Origin: Octopus vulgaris
Lineage: Eukaryota
Direction: 5' to 3'
DNA length: 64,000 nucleotides
NCBI GenBank assembly: GCA_951406725.2
Contig: OX597839.1
Span: 7,750,001-7,814,000, forward strand
Positions 14,829 through 29,703 of this stretch are shown here, in pieces (position 1 is the first letter of the stretch; each line of letters starts with the position of its first letter). The notes under the pieces were generated by a model. It made no database searches. It was not told the origin of the DNA and saw nothing but the letters and a program-made list of their open reading frames with translations. The position numbers and the translations under genes were made by a program.

Positions 14829-15149
14829 TATTATTACTATCATCAACATCTCTTTTTATAATTAAGATGGCGAACTAGGAGGATCGATAGCATGCCGATA
14901 AATGGTCACCATCATTTAGTCCGTCTTTAAGTTCTGAGTTCAAATTCCACCGAGGTCAGCATTGCCTTTCCTATTTCCGGGGTTGATAAAATAACTCCCA
15001 GTTAAGCACAGGGTATGAGGAGATCGATTTACCCGATTGTCCGATATTGCTAGTCTTGCGCCAAATTTGCAACCATTGTTGTTCCATGTATGCACAACAG
15101 ATTAGACTGTTGGGTAGACAAATTCCTAACACTAGACTACAAAACGTAA

Positions 15150-15425
15150 CCTTAAATGCCAAGAGTTTTCCTAAGTATCTTAGCTGTTCCTAATAACAAT
15201 GTTTTCTGGAGGTGAACTAAACGAGGTTTTATGCCTATTTCTTCTATCCATCTGTTCAAATCTTTAGGGATAGTTCCTAATAGAGCCATAGCTAAAGGGA
15301 TATATCTCACACACACACTCCGAACTTTCCATAGTCCCTAAAACTCTTGGTACTTTGCTATTTTCTGTGTACCTCTTATTTTGACTTTCACATCATTTGG
15401 GACTGTAAAGTCAATTATCTGGAGA
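15150..15425 (-). mobile_element. RLE-type (R4/Dong/HERO-like) non-LTR retrotransposon endonuclease C-terminal relic
   Basis: Minus-strand translation IIDFTVPND..KIAKY..LWKV..LLGTIPKDL..QKTLLLGTAKILRK. Confidence 0.6.
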
Positions 15426-15540
15426 TTTCTTATTTCTTTACTGCCCACAAGGGGCTACACACTGCGGGGACAAACAGGGTCAGACAAACGGATTAAGTCG
15501 ATTATATAGTCCCCAGTGTGTAACTGGTACTTATCTAATC

Positions 15541-15856
15541 TAAGTTTAACCTCTCGAAAGAGCTGTTCTTCACTCCTTCTCCAGAGCGTCGGCTGCGGAG
15601 TCACTCCGAAAAGCTCTATCTACGACGATTTCATCTCAATCAAAGGAGAAGGGCTTTCTCCGTCCGGGTTGCGGATCCGTGGAATAAGCTGCTGGACGAG
15701 ATAGTGAAGATGCCGACGACCGCTCGGTTCAAAGACTCTCTTGACCAGAAATGGCCTGAACTCTTTGCATGAACATCCTCTCTGTACATAACTCCATGTC
15801 CCCCTACATGGCCTTGCTTTTGCCTTTTGAGCCAAAAAATTAACTTAACTTAACTT
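15541..15856 (+). mobile_element. CR1-like LINE 3' fragment nested in a SINE A copy
   Basis: Homologous to 2967-3240; (TAACT)n tail; splits the SINE at TAATC, which is duplicated. Confidence 0.75.
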
Positions 15857-16893
15857 AATCGACCCCGAAAGGATACAAAAACGAAGTCGACCTCAGAAAG
15901 TCCCACGCAGTGGGTCTGAACTCGGACCATGTGGTTTCGAAGCGAACTTTTTACCACACAGCCACGCCTGCACGCGCATGCATGTATATTGTATGGTGGT
16001 ATACAGCCATATTTATATAGTTGTATCATGAATACACAGAAGCAAGCGTACATTCGTATGCGCACAATTAAATATATCAAGGCAAAGACATAATTATGTA
16101 TGTCTGGAAGCAAAAGAAATAACAATAATGCAAAAAAATAATAAAAATACAAAGGAGAATCAAGTCATTGAATATTTTGCTGATCCTGTCATTGAATAAT
16201 ATGATAATGACGATAGTGATGAAGAATTATTCCTGTATAAAGGAGATATGAAGACATTAAGTGGACATATGGTGACATAGAAAGAAAGATTGCATGAATG
16301 CAAAAACGACGAGACAAGGAAAAATGTGTCGAATAAGCCAGTAATACAAGGAGATGGAAATGAAAGACTTATAAACAAATGAAAGAGCGGAGGAATAAAG
16401 AAAGGAAAATAAAACGAAAGGGATAAATAAGCTGATAAAAGAAGAAGGAAGTATGGGGAGAGAAATGAAAGAAAAAAAAAAGCATAATGAGTAAGGAGAG
16501 GAGAGGAGAGAATTATAAAAGAAGGGAATGAAATGCAACAACGGTAGAATGAAATAACGAACCAGTTAATAGAATGAAAGAAATATGAATGACGAAAAGG
16601 AAAGAGAAATACAAAGAAATACAAAGGTTATGGCGGGGGAGGAGGGGGTAGGAATCGTAAAAAGCGAGAGGAGATTAAACGAACGAAGGAAAGAAGAAAG
16701 AGAGAAGCATAACAGAAAGGAACGAAAACATCTCAGACCTAATATGCTTTGTACTATAAGAGATATCTTAGAGTGAGATATTCAGACTCTCTTTCTTTCT
16801 CTCTCTCTCTCACTTTTTCTCTCTCAGTCATTCTTTATCAATCAATCTATCTATCTATCTATCTATCTATCAATCTATCTTTGTACCTGAACC

Positions 16894-16946
<53 letters not shown>

Positions 16947-17031
16947 GTTGTTGTCGTTATTATTATTATTATTGTTGTTATTATTATTATTATTATTACT
17001 ATTATTATTGTTAATATTATTGTTATTGTTA

Positions 17032-17066
<35 letters not shown>

Positions 17067-17217
17067 GTTGTTGTTGTTGTTATTATTATTATTATTATTG
17101 TTGTTGTTGTTATTATTATTATTATTACTATTATTATTGTTAATATTATTGTTATTATTATTGTTGTTATTATTATTATTATTACTATTATTATTGTTAA
17201 TATTATTGTTATTGTTA

Positions 17218-17249
<32 letters not shown>

Positions 17250-17742
17250 GTTGTTGTTGTTATTATTATTATTATTATTATTATTGTTGTTGTTATTATT
17301 ATTATTATTACTATTATTATTGTTAATATTATTGTTATTGTTATTGTTATTATTATTATTATTATTGTTGTTGTTATTATTATTATTATTACTATTATTA
17401 TTGTTAATATTATTGTTATTGTTATTGTTATTATTGTTATTATTATAATTATTATTATTATTGTTATTATTATAATTATTATTGTTGTTGTTATTATTAT
17501 TATTATTATTACTATTATTATTGTTAATATTATTATTATTATTATTATTGTTGTTGTTATTATTATTATTATTATTACTATTATTATTGTTAATATTATT
17601 ATTATTATTATTATTATTGTTGTTGTTATTATTATTATTATTACTATTATTATTGTTAATATTATTATTATTATTATTATTGTTGTTGTTATTATTATTA
17701 TTATTATTACTATTATTATTGTTAATATTATTGTTATTGTTA

Positions 17743-17777
<35 letters not shown>

Positions 17778-18156
17778 GTTGTTGTTGTTATTATTATTAT
17801 TATTATTGTTGTTGTTGTTATTATTATTATTATTACTATTATTATTGTTAATATTATTGTTATTGTTATTGTTATTGTTATTGTTATTATTATTATTGTT
17901 GTTGTTATTATTATTATTATTATTATTGTTGTTGTTGTTATTATTATTACTATTATTATTGTTAATATTATTGTTATTGTTATTGTTATTATTATTATTA
18001 TTATAATTATTATTATTATTGTTATTATTATTATTATTGTTGTTGTTATTATTATTATTATTATTACTATTATTATTGTTAATATTATTATTATTATTAT
18101 TATTGTTGTTGTTATTATTATTATTATTACTATTATTATTGTTAATATTATTGTTA

Positions 18157-18191
<35 letters not shown>

Positions 18192-18270
18192 GTTATTATT
18201 ATTACTATTATTATTGTTGTTGTTATTATTATTATTACTATTATTATTGTTAATATTATTGTTATTGTTA

Positions 18271-18310
<40 letters not shown>

Positions 18311-18325
18311 TATCATTATTATTAT

Positions 18326-18359
<34 letters not shown>

Positions 18360-18360
18360 T
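16894..18360. repeat. 1.45-kb (ATT/GTT)n compound microsatellite with a higher-order unit
   Basis: Recurrent ACTATTATTATTGTTAAT motif. Confidence 0.95.
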
Positions 18361-18730
18361 TTGTTATTACTGTTGTTGTTTTGTTGTTGTTGTTGTTGTT
18401 GTCGTCATATATAGGCGCAGGCGTGTCTGTGCGGTAAGAAGCTTGCTTCCCAACTACATCGCACCAGGTTCAGTCTCACTGCGTTGCATGTCGGACAACA
18501 GCCTTGTACTATATAGCTTCGGGCCAACCAAAGCCTTGTAAGTGAATTTAGTGGACGGAAACTGGAAGAAACCGGTGCTTTCAACGTGATATGGCCGTAA
18601 GCGTATATATAAAAGTATATCTGATATTGCATGTGTTATATAAGATTAATAATAAGATTTTCAAGATGGATTCTGTTACACATTTTGTGTGTTGTGTATC
18701 ATTGATGACAACCCTTTCTATCATTAAAAG

Positions 18731-19061
18731 CAGTTGTTCTCAACTCCATATAAAATTTTTAAGGGTCCATGTAACAAAATATTAATTTAGGGATCCACAG
18801 CAGTATCTTAAGGGACTCTGAAAAAATTTACTTTAGATGTATGTATTGGTATATGTTGCAAGAAGCAGCCAAGTTTCTTTCTCTAGCATTTTACATAGTT
18901 AAACCTACACGAGAGAATGTGAGAAAAACAAAATAGGAATTTTCAAAGTAGTATCTGTAAAACTAATTTTTTTAAAGCATCGAATAGCTATGGGGGTCCA
19001 CCAGAATAAAATAGTAATCAAAAGGGGTCCATGGATAAAAAAAAAATGTTCAGAACGATAG
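18731..19061. mobile_element. Decayed hAT/Charlie-like MITE
   Basis: Begins CAGTTGTTCTCAAC and ends GTTCAGAACGATAG (degenerate TIR); repeated GGGTCCA subterminal motifs. Confidence 0.35.
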
Positions 19062-19702
19062 TATGTGGTGTTTCTTCTGGTTTTATACTTTCAGATTTCA
19101 GATCCACTAGGATTTGAACTCAGAAAGCCAACGTTGCTTTTCGCCCTTTCTAAGCCGATAAAACAGAGCATGAATCGAGTACTGAGGTCAGTGTAATAGA
19201 GTAAGTCCTTCCCCTCAGAATTACTGGTCTTGTATCAAAATTAGAAACCGTGATTTAACCGCCCCTTATTTTATCGACTTCCAATGAAACAAAAACTATC
19301 GAATCTACATGACTTTGAACTCATTATGTAAAGTCATTTGCTCCGGTGATTACATTTATTATGTTCCCGAGCTCGAAATTTCACCAACGAAGATTTGAGG
19401 GAATGGACACTGCTGACGAAGACACCAAAAATGATCGAACTCGTGAACTCGTGAGCGGTAATCGGTGATCGGGAACAAACTTGAGAAGCACATATCCACG
19501 CCAAATAATTATCAAGAAATTTTTTTTTTTTACCGGACAAAATCATACCAGATTATCAAGGAGGGAATGCATACGAGGTCGCTCTGCCTGCTAGAAATAG
19601 TAACCAAATCTATTTTACGTCACACTACGCTGTAGAGCGTAGTAGATTATAGGATGGAATGTCTAATGGGGCACTTTGCCTGCTAGAAATAGCAACCAAA
19701 TA

Positions 19703-19934
19703 AGGTGGTGAGCTGGCAGAATCGTTAGCACGCCGGGCGAAATACTCAGCGGTATTTCGTCTGCCGTTACGTTCTGAGTTCAAATTCTGCCGAGGTCGAC
19801 TTTGCCTTTCATCCTATCGGGTTCGATAAATAAAGTACCAGTTATGCACTGGGGTCGATGTAATCGACATAATCCCTTTCTCTCTCCTTGTTTGTCCCCT
19901 CTATGTTTAGCCCGTTGTGGGCAATAAAGAAATA
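19703..19934 (+). mobile_element. SINE family A with TSD
   Basis: AGAAATAGCAACCAAAT is duplicated on both sides. Confidence 0.85.
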
Positions 19935-20501
19935 AGAAATAGCAACCAAATCTTTTTCATGTCACACCACCCAATAGTGCGTATTGAATTATACAATAAT
20001 GAGTTTCAGATAAACGGCTTTAATAAAAGATGGAATGGTCATGGCTAGAATGTCTTTGATCATAAATCAACTCAGTCATTACTGATCTTTAACCAAATAA
20101 TAGGAACGTCAATAACAACATCAAATGAGAGCAAAGCAGAGAATGTTTGTATCGCGGTACAGCCTAGGCGCCATTGTACGACACCTTAATATGATTTTGC
20201 ATACAAACGGCAAACAAGATAAAAGACACAAGTCCACAAGAAAGCGTCAAAGAGAACCACCCAACCTTAGCCATAGCACATCTACGTAGTCACACCTTAC
20301 TCCACCATGCCATATGGCGCACCATACTCCCCCCCCCCTACATCTGACACCGTAGAACGCTACAAATAGTAGACAACACACAACACAGCACTGTACGTTG
20401 CATATATGCACATCGTAGAGTGCAACAATAAAGGGGGACAATACACATCATGACAACATCAGAAATCATAACCTGAAAAGTAATAGCATTACACACACAA
20501 A

Positions 20502-20559
<58 letters not shown>

Positions 20560-20645
20560 TATCAATACCCGCCTACAAGCATACACATACAAACCCATAT
20601 ATATAGATATGTGTATGCTTGTTTATATATTTGTGTATGTGTGTG

Positions 20646-20676
<31 letters not shown>

Positions 20677-20790
20677 GCATATATGTAAATATATACATAT
20701 ATCTATGAGCATGTAAGCGTTTATTGATATAAATACTTAGGTTTGTGTATATGTGTACAACCCCCTCCGCGCACACATATCTATCTATAT

Positions 20791-20837
<47 letters not shown>

Positions 20838-20867
20838 TCAAAGGCTGATATAGACTGTACATATATG

Positions 20868-20924
<57 letters not shown>

Positions 20925-20928
20925 GTAT

Positions 20929-20992
<64 letters not shown>

Positions 20993-21079
20993 GTATGCAA
21001 ATATTTATACATATATGTATATTATACAAATATATATACATATATGAACAAACATACATATATGAAAGTATAACCATAC

Positions 21080-21113
<34 letters not shown>

Positions 21114-21203
21114 GTGTGTGTGTGTGTATATATGTATGTATATATGTATATATATATGTATGTGTGTATGTATGTATATATCTGTGTGTGTATGTGTGCA
21201 AGC

Positions 21204-21274
<71 letters not shown>

Positions 21275-21567
21275 TCTACGTTAACCCACAACACAAAACA
21301 TTTCTTTGTAATAGTGAACTATGACTAGTCTATTATACAATAGAATTCTCAGACAATATCTTCAACATATGCCACTTTCCACTTTTGATGCTCAACCAGG
21401 TCTATTTTCTTTTCTTCTTTTCTTCCTTTCCGTCTTTCGATCTTTCTTTTCTTATTCTTACTTTTGATGGCGCTGTTGTTCTTCTTATTGCTGCAGTTTT
21501 CCCGATATATTTCCTGTTTCATTAGTGAAACAGGAAAGAACCGAAAGAAAAGAATCTACAAGCACAT

Positions 21568-21656
<89 letters not shown>

Positions 21657-21678
21657 CAAATATCTATACATATGTATA

Positions 21679-21738
<60 letters not shown>

Positions 21739-21759
21739 TATATGTATATATATATATAC

Positions 21760-21791
<32 letters not shown>

Positions 21792-21952
21792 GTGCAAAAG
21801 ACTGGAAGCCAGAAAGTATACAGAGTCAGTCAGTCGAAACGATTTGTACAACGACAGTATTAAGCGTATTTTCCATCTTTTATATCTATACACATACAAT
21901 TCTTACCACACACGTCATCGTCTCAGTAACACGTATATGGATACATATGTAT

Positions 21953-22265
21953 CCTATTTCTTTATTGCCCACAAGGGGCTAAACATAGTGGGGACAAACA
22001 AAGGGATTAGGTCGATTATATCGACCCCCAGTGCATAACTGGTACTTAATTTATCGACACCCGAAAAGATGAAAGGCAGAGTCGACCTCGGCGGATTTTG
22101 AACTCAGAACGTAACGGCAGACGAAATACCTATTCTTTTACTACCCACAATGGGCTAAACACAGAGAGGACAAACAAGGACAGACAAATGGATTAAGTCG
22201 ATCATATCGACCCCAGTGTGTAACTGGTACTTATTTAATCGACACCCGAAAGGATGAAAGGCAAA
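21953..22265 (-). mobile_element. SINE family A, partial tandem dimer
   Basis: Two body+tail units joined at GACGAAATACCTATT. Confidence 0.8.
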
Positions 22266-22400
22266 GAAAAAGAAAAGAAATAGCAATAGGGCTTTAGAAG
22301 ACTCCCTACAATTGACTTTGTAAGTATTGAATCAATTCTCAATGTCCCCTTGAAGATAATTGCTTTATAAGTAACGTAATCTTTTAATGGACTCTTATAG

Positions 22401-22815
22401 CTGACATGGAGCGAAGAATCCAGACATTTGAGCACAAGTGCTTCAGAAGGTTATTACATATTCCGTACACGGAGCAGAAAGCGAACAGCTTTGTGATATA
22501 GCACGTCAACAGACATGCTGGTAGATAAGAGCCACTGTTTACTCAGGTAGGAAGACGAAAGCTTGTTGGTGTGGTCATGTAGCCCGTCACAGCTCCCTCC
22601 CAAATGCCATGCTAAAGGGCACAGTTAAGGGTGTGGCGCAAAGAGAGGCAGAGAAAATCCTGGTTTGACAACCTCAAGGACTGGTCGGGTCACAACACCG
22701 CGAACCTGCTATACCTGTCAGGGAACAGAGAACAGTGACAACGGCTGACTACGAAAGTGTCAAGAGTGGCACCCTTACGACTGGCTGCACCAATTAAGGA
22801 ATCTTGATGAAGATG
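22401..22815 (+). mobile_element. RTE-clade LINE 3' fragment (degenerate)
   Basis: Hand translation gives ERRIQTFEHKCFRRLLHIPY...GHVARH...KSWFDNLKDW, with stops and frameshifts. Confidence 0.75.
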
Positions 22816-22906
22816 AATTTTCTAATAGACTTCCACGACTGAAGCCACGCATCGGAATTAAATTACTTCTAAATCGAACCCATTTAAGTGTTGCTATAAT
22901 ATATAC

Positions 22907-23290
22907 AGGAGGCGCAATGGCCCAGTGGTTAGGGCAGCGGACTCGCGGTCGTAGGATCGCGGTTTCGATTCCCAGACCGGGCGTTGTGAGTGTTTATTGA
23001 GCGAAAACACCTAAAGCTCCACGAGGCTCCGGCAGGGGATGGTGGTGATCCCTGCTGTACTCTTTCACCACAACTTTCTCTCACTCTTACTTCCTGTTTT
23101 TGTTGAACCTGTATTTCAAAAGGCCGACCTTGTCACTCTCTGTGTCACGCTGAATATCCCCGAGAACTACGTTAAGGGTACACGTGTCTGTGGAGTGCTC
23201 AGCCACTTACACGTTAATTTCACGAGCAGGCTGTTCCGTTGATCGGATCAACCGGAACCCTCGTCGTCGTATCCGACGGAGTGCTTCCAT
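22907..23290 (+). mobile_element. SINE family C, tail type 1
   Basis: Near-identical to 8161-8542; TSD ATAATATATAC at 22896 and 23294. Confidence 0.88.
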
Positions 23291-23791
23291 AAAATAATAT
23301 ATACGAACATATATTAACAAAAATTTAAGTAGTGCATCAATTTAACAGCTAAAAGTTTATTAAAGAACATTTGTAGTAATGAATTATTCAACTGACAACA
23401 CAGTATCTTTTACAAGTTTGTTTGTACGGTTAGCTGAAGTAATCTTGACGCCATTATGCAGACAAAAAAATTTTAATGTTTTGGAAATAAACGGTTATTT
23501 TTTTCTATCTTTGTTTTAGTACCCAGTTAGCCTGATATGCGTTGGAATCCTACCAAGTGTATTGGCAGGATTATTTATATTACCACTGCCTAATAGTTTC
23601 GAATTTTGGCACAAGGCCAGCAACTTCGCTGGGAGGGGGTGAATCGATTACATCGACCCCAGTACTCAACTGCTACTTATTTTGAATTTGAACTCAGAGC
23701 GTAATGGCGGAACGAAATGGCGCGAAGCATTTTGCCCGGAGTGTTTCCGATTCTGCCAGTTCGCTGCCTTTATATTCCCACTTCAAAATAC

Positions 23792-23843
<52 letters not shown>

Positions 23844-23882
23844 GTGTGTGTGTATGTGCACACATATGTTATATGTATGCAT

Positions 23883-24104
23883 GATAGATCGTTATAATAG
23901 ATCGTTAGCCACTATACACATTTTTTTCTCTCCATTTTTTCTCTCCTTTTTTTTCTCTCCTTGTTTCTCCTGTGTCCCTTTCTGTGGAAGAGCATAGGCT
24001 CGAAACGTAAAATACTTTTTCTATTCCTGACCATTATACTAATACATCTGTTTGTTTTGTACACCATCTATCTTCGTGTTTTGTTTTTTTCGTAAACTCT
24101 CCCT
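23883..24104 (+). mobile_element. Family P copy (CUGUGGA core, 23978-24013)
   Basis: Direct homology to 2357-2550. Confidence 0.55.
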
Positions 24105-24127
24105 ATATATATATAGATATATGTATG

Positions 24128-24210
<83 letters not shown>

Positions 24211-24216
24211 TGTAGG

Positions 24217-24258
<42 letters not shown>

Positions 24259-24926
24259 TTATATATATATACACGTGTGTGTATGTATACAGACATAAAT
24301 ACAAACATATACGCATACATACATAAATACATACATACATACATACATACATACATACATACATAAATACATACATACATGCATACATACATAAATACAT
24401 ACATACATAAATACATACATAGGTAAAACATACATACGTGCATACATACATACATGCATACATACATACATAGATACATACATACATATATACATACATA
24501 CATGCATACATACATACATACATACATACACACATACATACATACATACATACATACATACATACATACATAAATACATACATACTTACATATTACATAT
24601 ATACATACATGCATACATACATAAATACATACACACATGCATACATACATACATACATACATACATACATACATACATACATACATACATACATACATAC
24701 ATACATACATACATACATACATACATGATTTAGATGAAAATGAAGAACACAAGTAAAGGAACCTTAGAAACTTAGAAATCCTGATGCTTATTATAAATTT
24801 CTGATATCAAACCTTGTCAGCTCATTAAATGCCCGGATTAACACCTAATGAATAAATTTTATGTTGTGGTGAAGAGGAGACGGAGAGAGGAGGCGGAGGG
24901 ACGTCGACGAAGTCAACGGCCGACGC

Positions 24927-25002
<76 letters not shown>

Positions 25003-25073
25003 CATCATCATCATCATCATCATCATCATTATTATTATTATTATTATTATTATCGTTATTGTTGTTGTTATTA

Positions 25074-25122
<49 letters not shown>

Positions 25123-25136
25123 CATTATCGTTATTG

Positions 25137-25168
<32 letters not shown>

Positions 25169-25327
25169 TTTAATATTATTATCCTTATTATCATTATCAT
25201 TATTGTTATTTTTATTTTCATTATTATTATTATTATTATTATTTATTATTTTTTTTTTAATATTATTGTCCTTATTATCATTATTATTATTTTTATTTTC
25301 ATTATTATTATTTTTTTTTTATTATTA

Positions 25328-25379
<52 letters not shown>

Positions 25380-25392
25380 TGTTATTATTATT
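24927..25392. repeat. (ATT/ATC)n microsatellite
   Basis: Direct observation. Confidence 0.95.
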
Positions 25393-25872
25393 TTACTCAT
25401 TGTGGCCATGGTGGTTGTATTTATGATGAAGAATAACGCCGTAGGACAATGAATACAGTGCTTCGCATATGAAGTTGGATGATTGAGAAGATGAAGAAGA
25501 AGAAAAAAGAATGAGGCAGAGGAAGAGGAGAAAATCGGAAAAGTATGAGAAGTTCGAAGCGAGTAAAAATTAAAAATGAAATTAAAAATATAAAAAAAAA
25601 CCCAAAAAAAAACAAGCAAATAAATTTCATGTCAACATGATTTTTCGCAAACAACACAAAGAAAATAAAACACTTCAACACCAACGCCAACAACAACAAC
25701 GACAACAATAAATAAGCACAACTTATAAATTTATCAGATAACACGATAAATCCAAAAATATTCAAGGAAAAAAAATTAATGAATTTATAAAAAAATAAAA
25801 ACAAAAACAAAGAAATCAAAAGCAATTAGAAATTTAATAATAATAATAATAACAACATCAACAACAACAGCA

Positions 25873-25950
<78 letters not shown>

Positions 25951-26389
25951 GAATAACATGCATTAAATTATTATATGCCTTTTCATTATAAAAATTCTCT
26001 ATTGAAAAGCTTCTAATCATATTTTCTATGAGATAAGAATGGCTATTGAAGCGCTGGAGTCAGAAATGGTGTTGCTGTATTAAATATTGATTGCTAAATA
26101 CAAGGCTGAAGTTTACAAATTGTGGAGGGAGACAACTCCCTCGCCCCATTATTGAGTACTTCGACACCCCCACCGACACCCTCGCCTCAAACATTTACTA
26201 GGTACCCCGGATAATAAAAAATAGGAAGTCGAGTTTTCTCTCCGCGATTTGAACTCGAAACCACAACCGCCGAATCGGGATTTAATTTTGCCAACTGTGA
26301 CGGGAGAAACATAAGTGAATCAATTTCACAATTCAGTCACAATTCTTTTATTTGTTTCAATCGTACGACTGCGGCCATGTGTGCTAACG

Positions 26390-26622
26390 TTTCTTATTTA
26401 TTAATTGCCCACAAGGGGCTAAACACAGAGGGGACAAACAAGGACAGACAAACGGATTAAGTTGATTATATCGACCCCTGTGCGTAACTGGTACTTATTT
26501 CATCGACCCCGAAAGGATGAAAGGCAAAGTCGACCTCGGCGGAATTTGAACTCAGAACGTAGCGGCAGACGAAATACGGCTAAGCATTTCGCCCGGCGCG
26601 CTAATGTTTCTGCCAGCTCACC
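26390..26622 (-). mobile_element. SINE family A
   Basis: Full-length match. Confidence 0.85.
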
Positions 26623-27532
26623 GTCTTTTGTGAATGTATTTGTAGAGAATCTTTGCAGGCTCTAATACTTTTGGCATCAAATACACTCTTAAAACGGCCT
26701 AGTAAGGATCGATTACAGCGCGTGTCCAATGGATGGTGGACCTATTAAAAATAATAGTCAGATTTACATTAAACTACAACTCATGGTTTTTATAAATAGG
26801 GCATGTGGATAATGTGTTATGGTTTCCTTACACGTTGGAAAAAGTCTTCGTAGACATTGATAGAATGCTTTTGAAATTCCTACTGCCACCTACTGCCCAT
26901 GGAGTGACATTTATAATGAATTCTTAGATAGGTTGAATACCAGAAATTTTAGTGGGAACGAACTGCCGACTATATCGATCCATGGCATTTTATTTTATAG
27001 ATCCAGGAAGAATAAAAAAAAGCGAGCCAACTTTGCTGGGATTTGAACTCAGAAGGAATAGGACCGTAACTAAATACTGGTGTGCACTTTATTCGATGCT
27101 CTAATGATTCTGTTAAGTAACTGTCCTTTAAATGGTGAAAGGCGTCGCCAATTTACAGTTTTGATGGGAGAGGCAAGCCGGTTACATCGACCCAGTACTC
27201 AACACAGTAGAGGTGTATGTTTTAGCGGTTATAGTGTTGGACTCATGGTCGTGAGATTGTGGTTTTCATTCCTGGATCGGGTGACGCGTTATGTTTTCGA
27301 CCAAAACACTTCATTTCATGTTGCTCCAGTTCACTCAGCTGCCAACAATGAGTAAACCTGCGACGGACTGGCGTCCTGTCCAGGTGCGGAATATGAACGC
27401 CACGGAAACCGGGAAACCGGCAATAATAATTCGGCTTGACTCTTAAGAGTCGGTAGGACTCGAGAAGGTAACTTTTTTACCACTACTCAACTGGTTCTTC
27501 TTTTAGCTTGACATAATAATGAATTCTTTTAT

Positions 27533-27860
27533 AAGCGCAGGAGTGACTGTGTGGTAAGTAACTTGCTTACCAAGCACATGGTTCCGGGTTCATTCCCACT
27601 GAGTTGCACCTTGGACAAGTGTATTCTACAATAGCCTCGGGCCGACCGAGTGGATTTTGTAGGCGGAAACTGAAGGAAGCCCGTCCGATATATGTATATA
27701 TATATGCGCGTGTGTGTGTGTGTTTGTGTGCCTGTGTTTGTTCCCCCGGCATCACTTGACAACCGTTGGTGGTGTGTTTACGTCCCCGTAACATAGCGGT
27801 TCATCAAAAGAGATCCGATAGAATAAGTACTAGGCTTACAAAGAATAAGTTCCTGGGTCT
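27533..27860 (+). mobile_element. SINE family B (tRNA head plus CORE-like ACCTTGGGCAAGTG)
   Basis: Head GCAGGAGTG.CTGTGTGGTAAG, B-box GGTTCA.TCCC. Confidence 0.8.
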
Positions 27861-27944
27861 ATAAAAAAAAATCCTTAGGTGTATTCAATACATTAAAATA
27901 TATCTCCTAATATATCATCTCTTCTGCTTACTCTTTTAATATTT

Positions 27945-28120
27945 TAATCTTTTACTTGTTTCAATCATTGGTTTAGTCGAGCAAATCTACCCCAGGACTT
28001 ATTCTTTGTAAGCCTAGTACATATTCTATCGGTCTCTTTAGCCGAACCGCTAAGTGACGAGGACATAAACAAACCAGGATTGGTTGTCAAGCACACAAAC
28101 ATACACACACAGACACACAA

Positions 28121-28161
<41 letters not shown>

Positions 28162-28328
28162 CATATATATGACGGGCTTCTTTCTGTTTCCGTCTACCAA
28201 ATCCACTCACAAGGCTTTGGTCGGCCCGAGGCTATAGTAGAAGACACTTGCCCAAGGTGCCATGCAGTGGGACTGAACCCTGAACGATGTGGTTGGTAAG
28301 CAAGCTACTTACCACACAGCCACTCCTG
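27945..28328 (-). mobile_element. SINE family B
   Basis: Homology to the other family B copies. Confidence 0.8.
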
Positions 28329-28671
28329 ATGAGATCAAGGGAAACAATAATATATCTAACACACATGCTTAGCTTACACTGTTACACACAAACACACATA
28401 TATATTTCGTTTTGGGATTTGGTTTGCAAGATTCTTTATGTGAGTTCGTGTGTTGAAGCATATTCTGTTGTGTCAGGGGATAGGCGTTTTCTTTTTGTGC
28501 TTTATAATAAAGAGTCAAAACTATTGAAAAGGTTGCAAGACGCAGCGAAAACTTTAGGAAAATATGAATAAGAAAAAAAAAGTGGAATTTTTACCGGTGA
28601 GTGTGTTATATTATAAGGCACAAAAAGAAAATGATTCTCCCCAGACACAACAGAAAACATATATATATATT

Positions 28672-28882
28672 TCTTTACTACCCACAGCGGGACAAACAAG
28701 GACAGACAAAGAGATTAAGTCGATTACATCGACCCCAGTGCGTAACTGGTACTTAATATATCGACCCCGAAAGGATGAAAGGCAAAGTCGACCTCGGCGG
28801 AACTTGAACTCGGAACGTAAGGACAGATGAAATACGGCTACGCATTTCACCCGGTGTGCTAACGTTTCTGCCAGCTCGCCGC
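28672..28882 (-). mobile_element. SINE family A with TSD
   Basis: CAGAAAACATATATATATATT at 28651 and 28883. Confidence 0.85.
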
Positions 28883-29669
28883 CAGAAAACATATATATAT
28901 ATTCTTATCTTCTTATCTTATCTAGTTTCAGCTCACGAGCTGTGGCCATGCTGGGGCGCCGCCATATTATTGAATAATTACAATAGATGAAGTCAATTTA
29001 GTTCAATCGAGATTCGAAACCGATTCCAGCGATTCAGTGGTGGTATCTTATCTTTTGTTCGTTTGCAAAACAGCACCAAAAACGCTCCGAAAATATATAC
29101 AACAACAATAACAAGACATACACAAAGAAGACCAGTCATTTACGACACGTGTTATATCATAGAGCAGAAGTATCAAACAAAAGGAAGGATTGCGCTTCGG
29201 TATGGAGGATGGCGCTGGTGTGTAAGATATGGGTTTAGGTGACATTTTTAGTGTGGAGGGCTGGTGGTGACGATGTTTGGCATAAAGAGTGGTGATTCAG
29301 GGGTAAAAGGGTGTAGAGAATGTGAGCGGCGGGTTGTTGAAAATGGCGGCGGGGTGTTGCAAGGATATTATATTATTTCAAAGAGTATGAATGGAGACTT
29401 AAAATTCCTGATGAAATAATTATGATATTGATGAGATGAAGGGAAACAATGATATATCACACATGCTTAGCTTATACTGTTACACAAAAACACCCCCCCA
29501 TACACAAAGACACTCAGATACATACTTAAATGCCACACATATACACACACACATAGATATCATATACATATATATACACATATATATATATATTTATATC
29601 TATATATCTATATATATATATATATGTATGTATGTATGTATGTATATATATATATATATATATTTATAA

Positions 29670-29703
<34 letters not shown>

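Noticed and set aside
16749-18437. 562-aa ORF and the many poly-I/L/Y/N/S and MYVC/HTYI ORFs
   Set aside because: Translations of microsatellites that simply lack stop codons; no domain content.
19405-19455. CTGACGAAGAC..GATCGAAC HHR-like motif
   Set aside because: No intact GAAA and no convincing stem I or stem III.
28326-28350. CTGATGAG..GAAAC HHR-like motif
   Set aside because: No stem II pairing; formed at a SINE junction.
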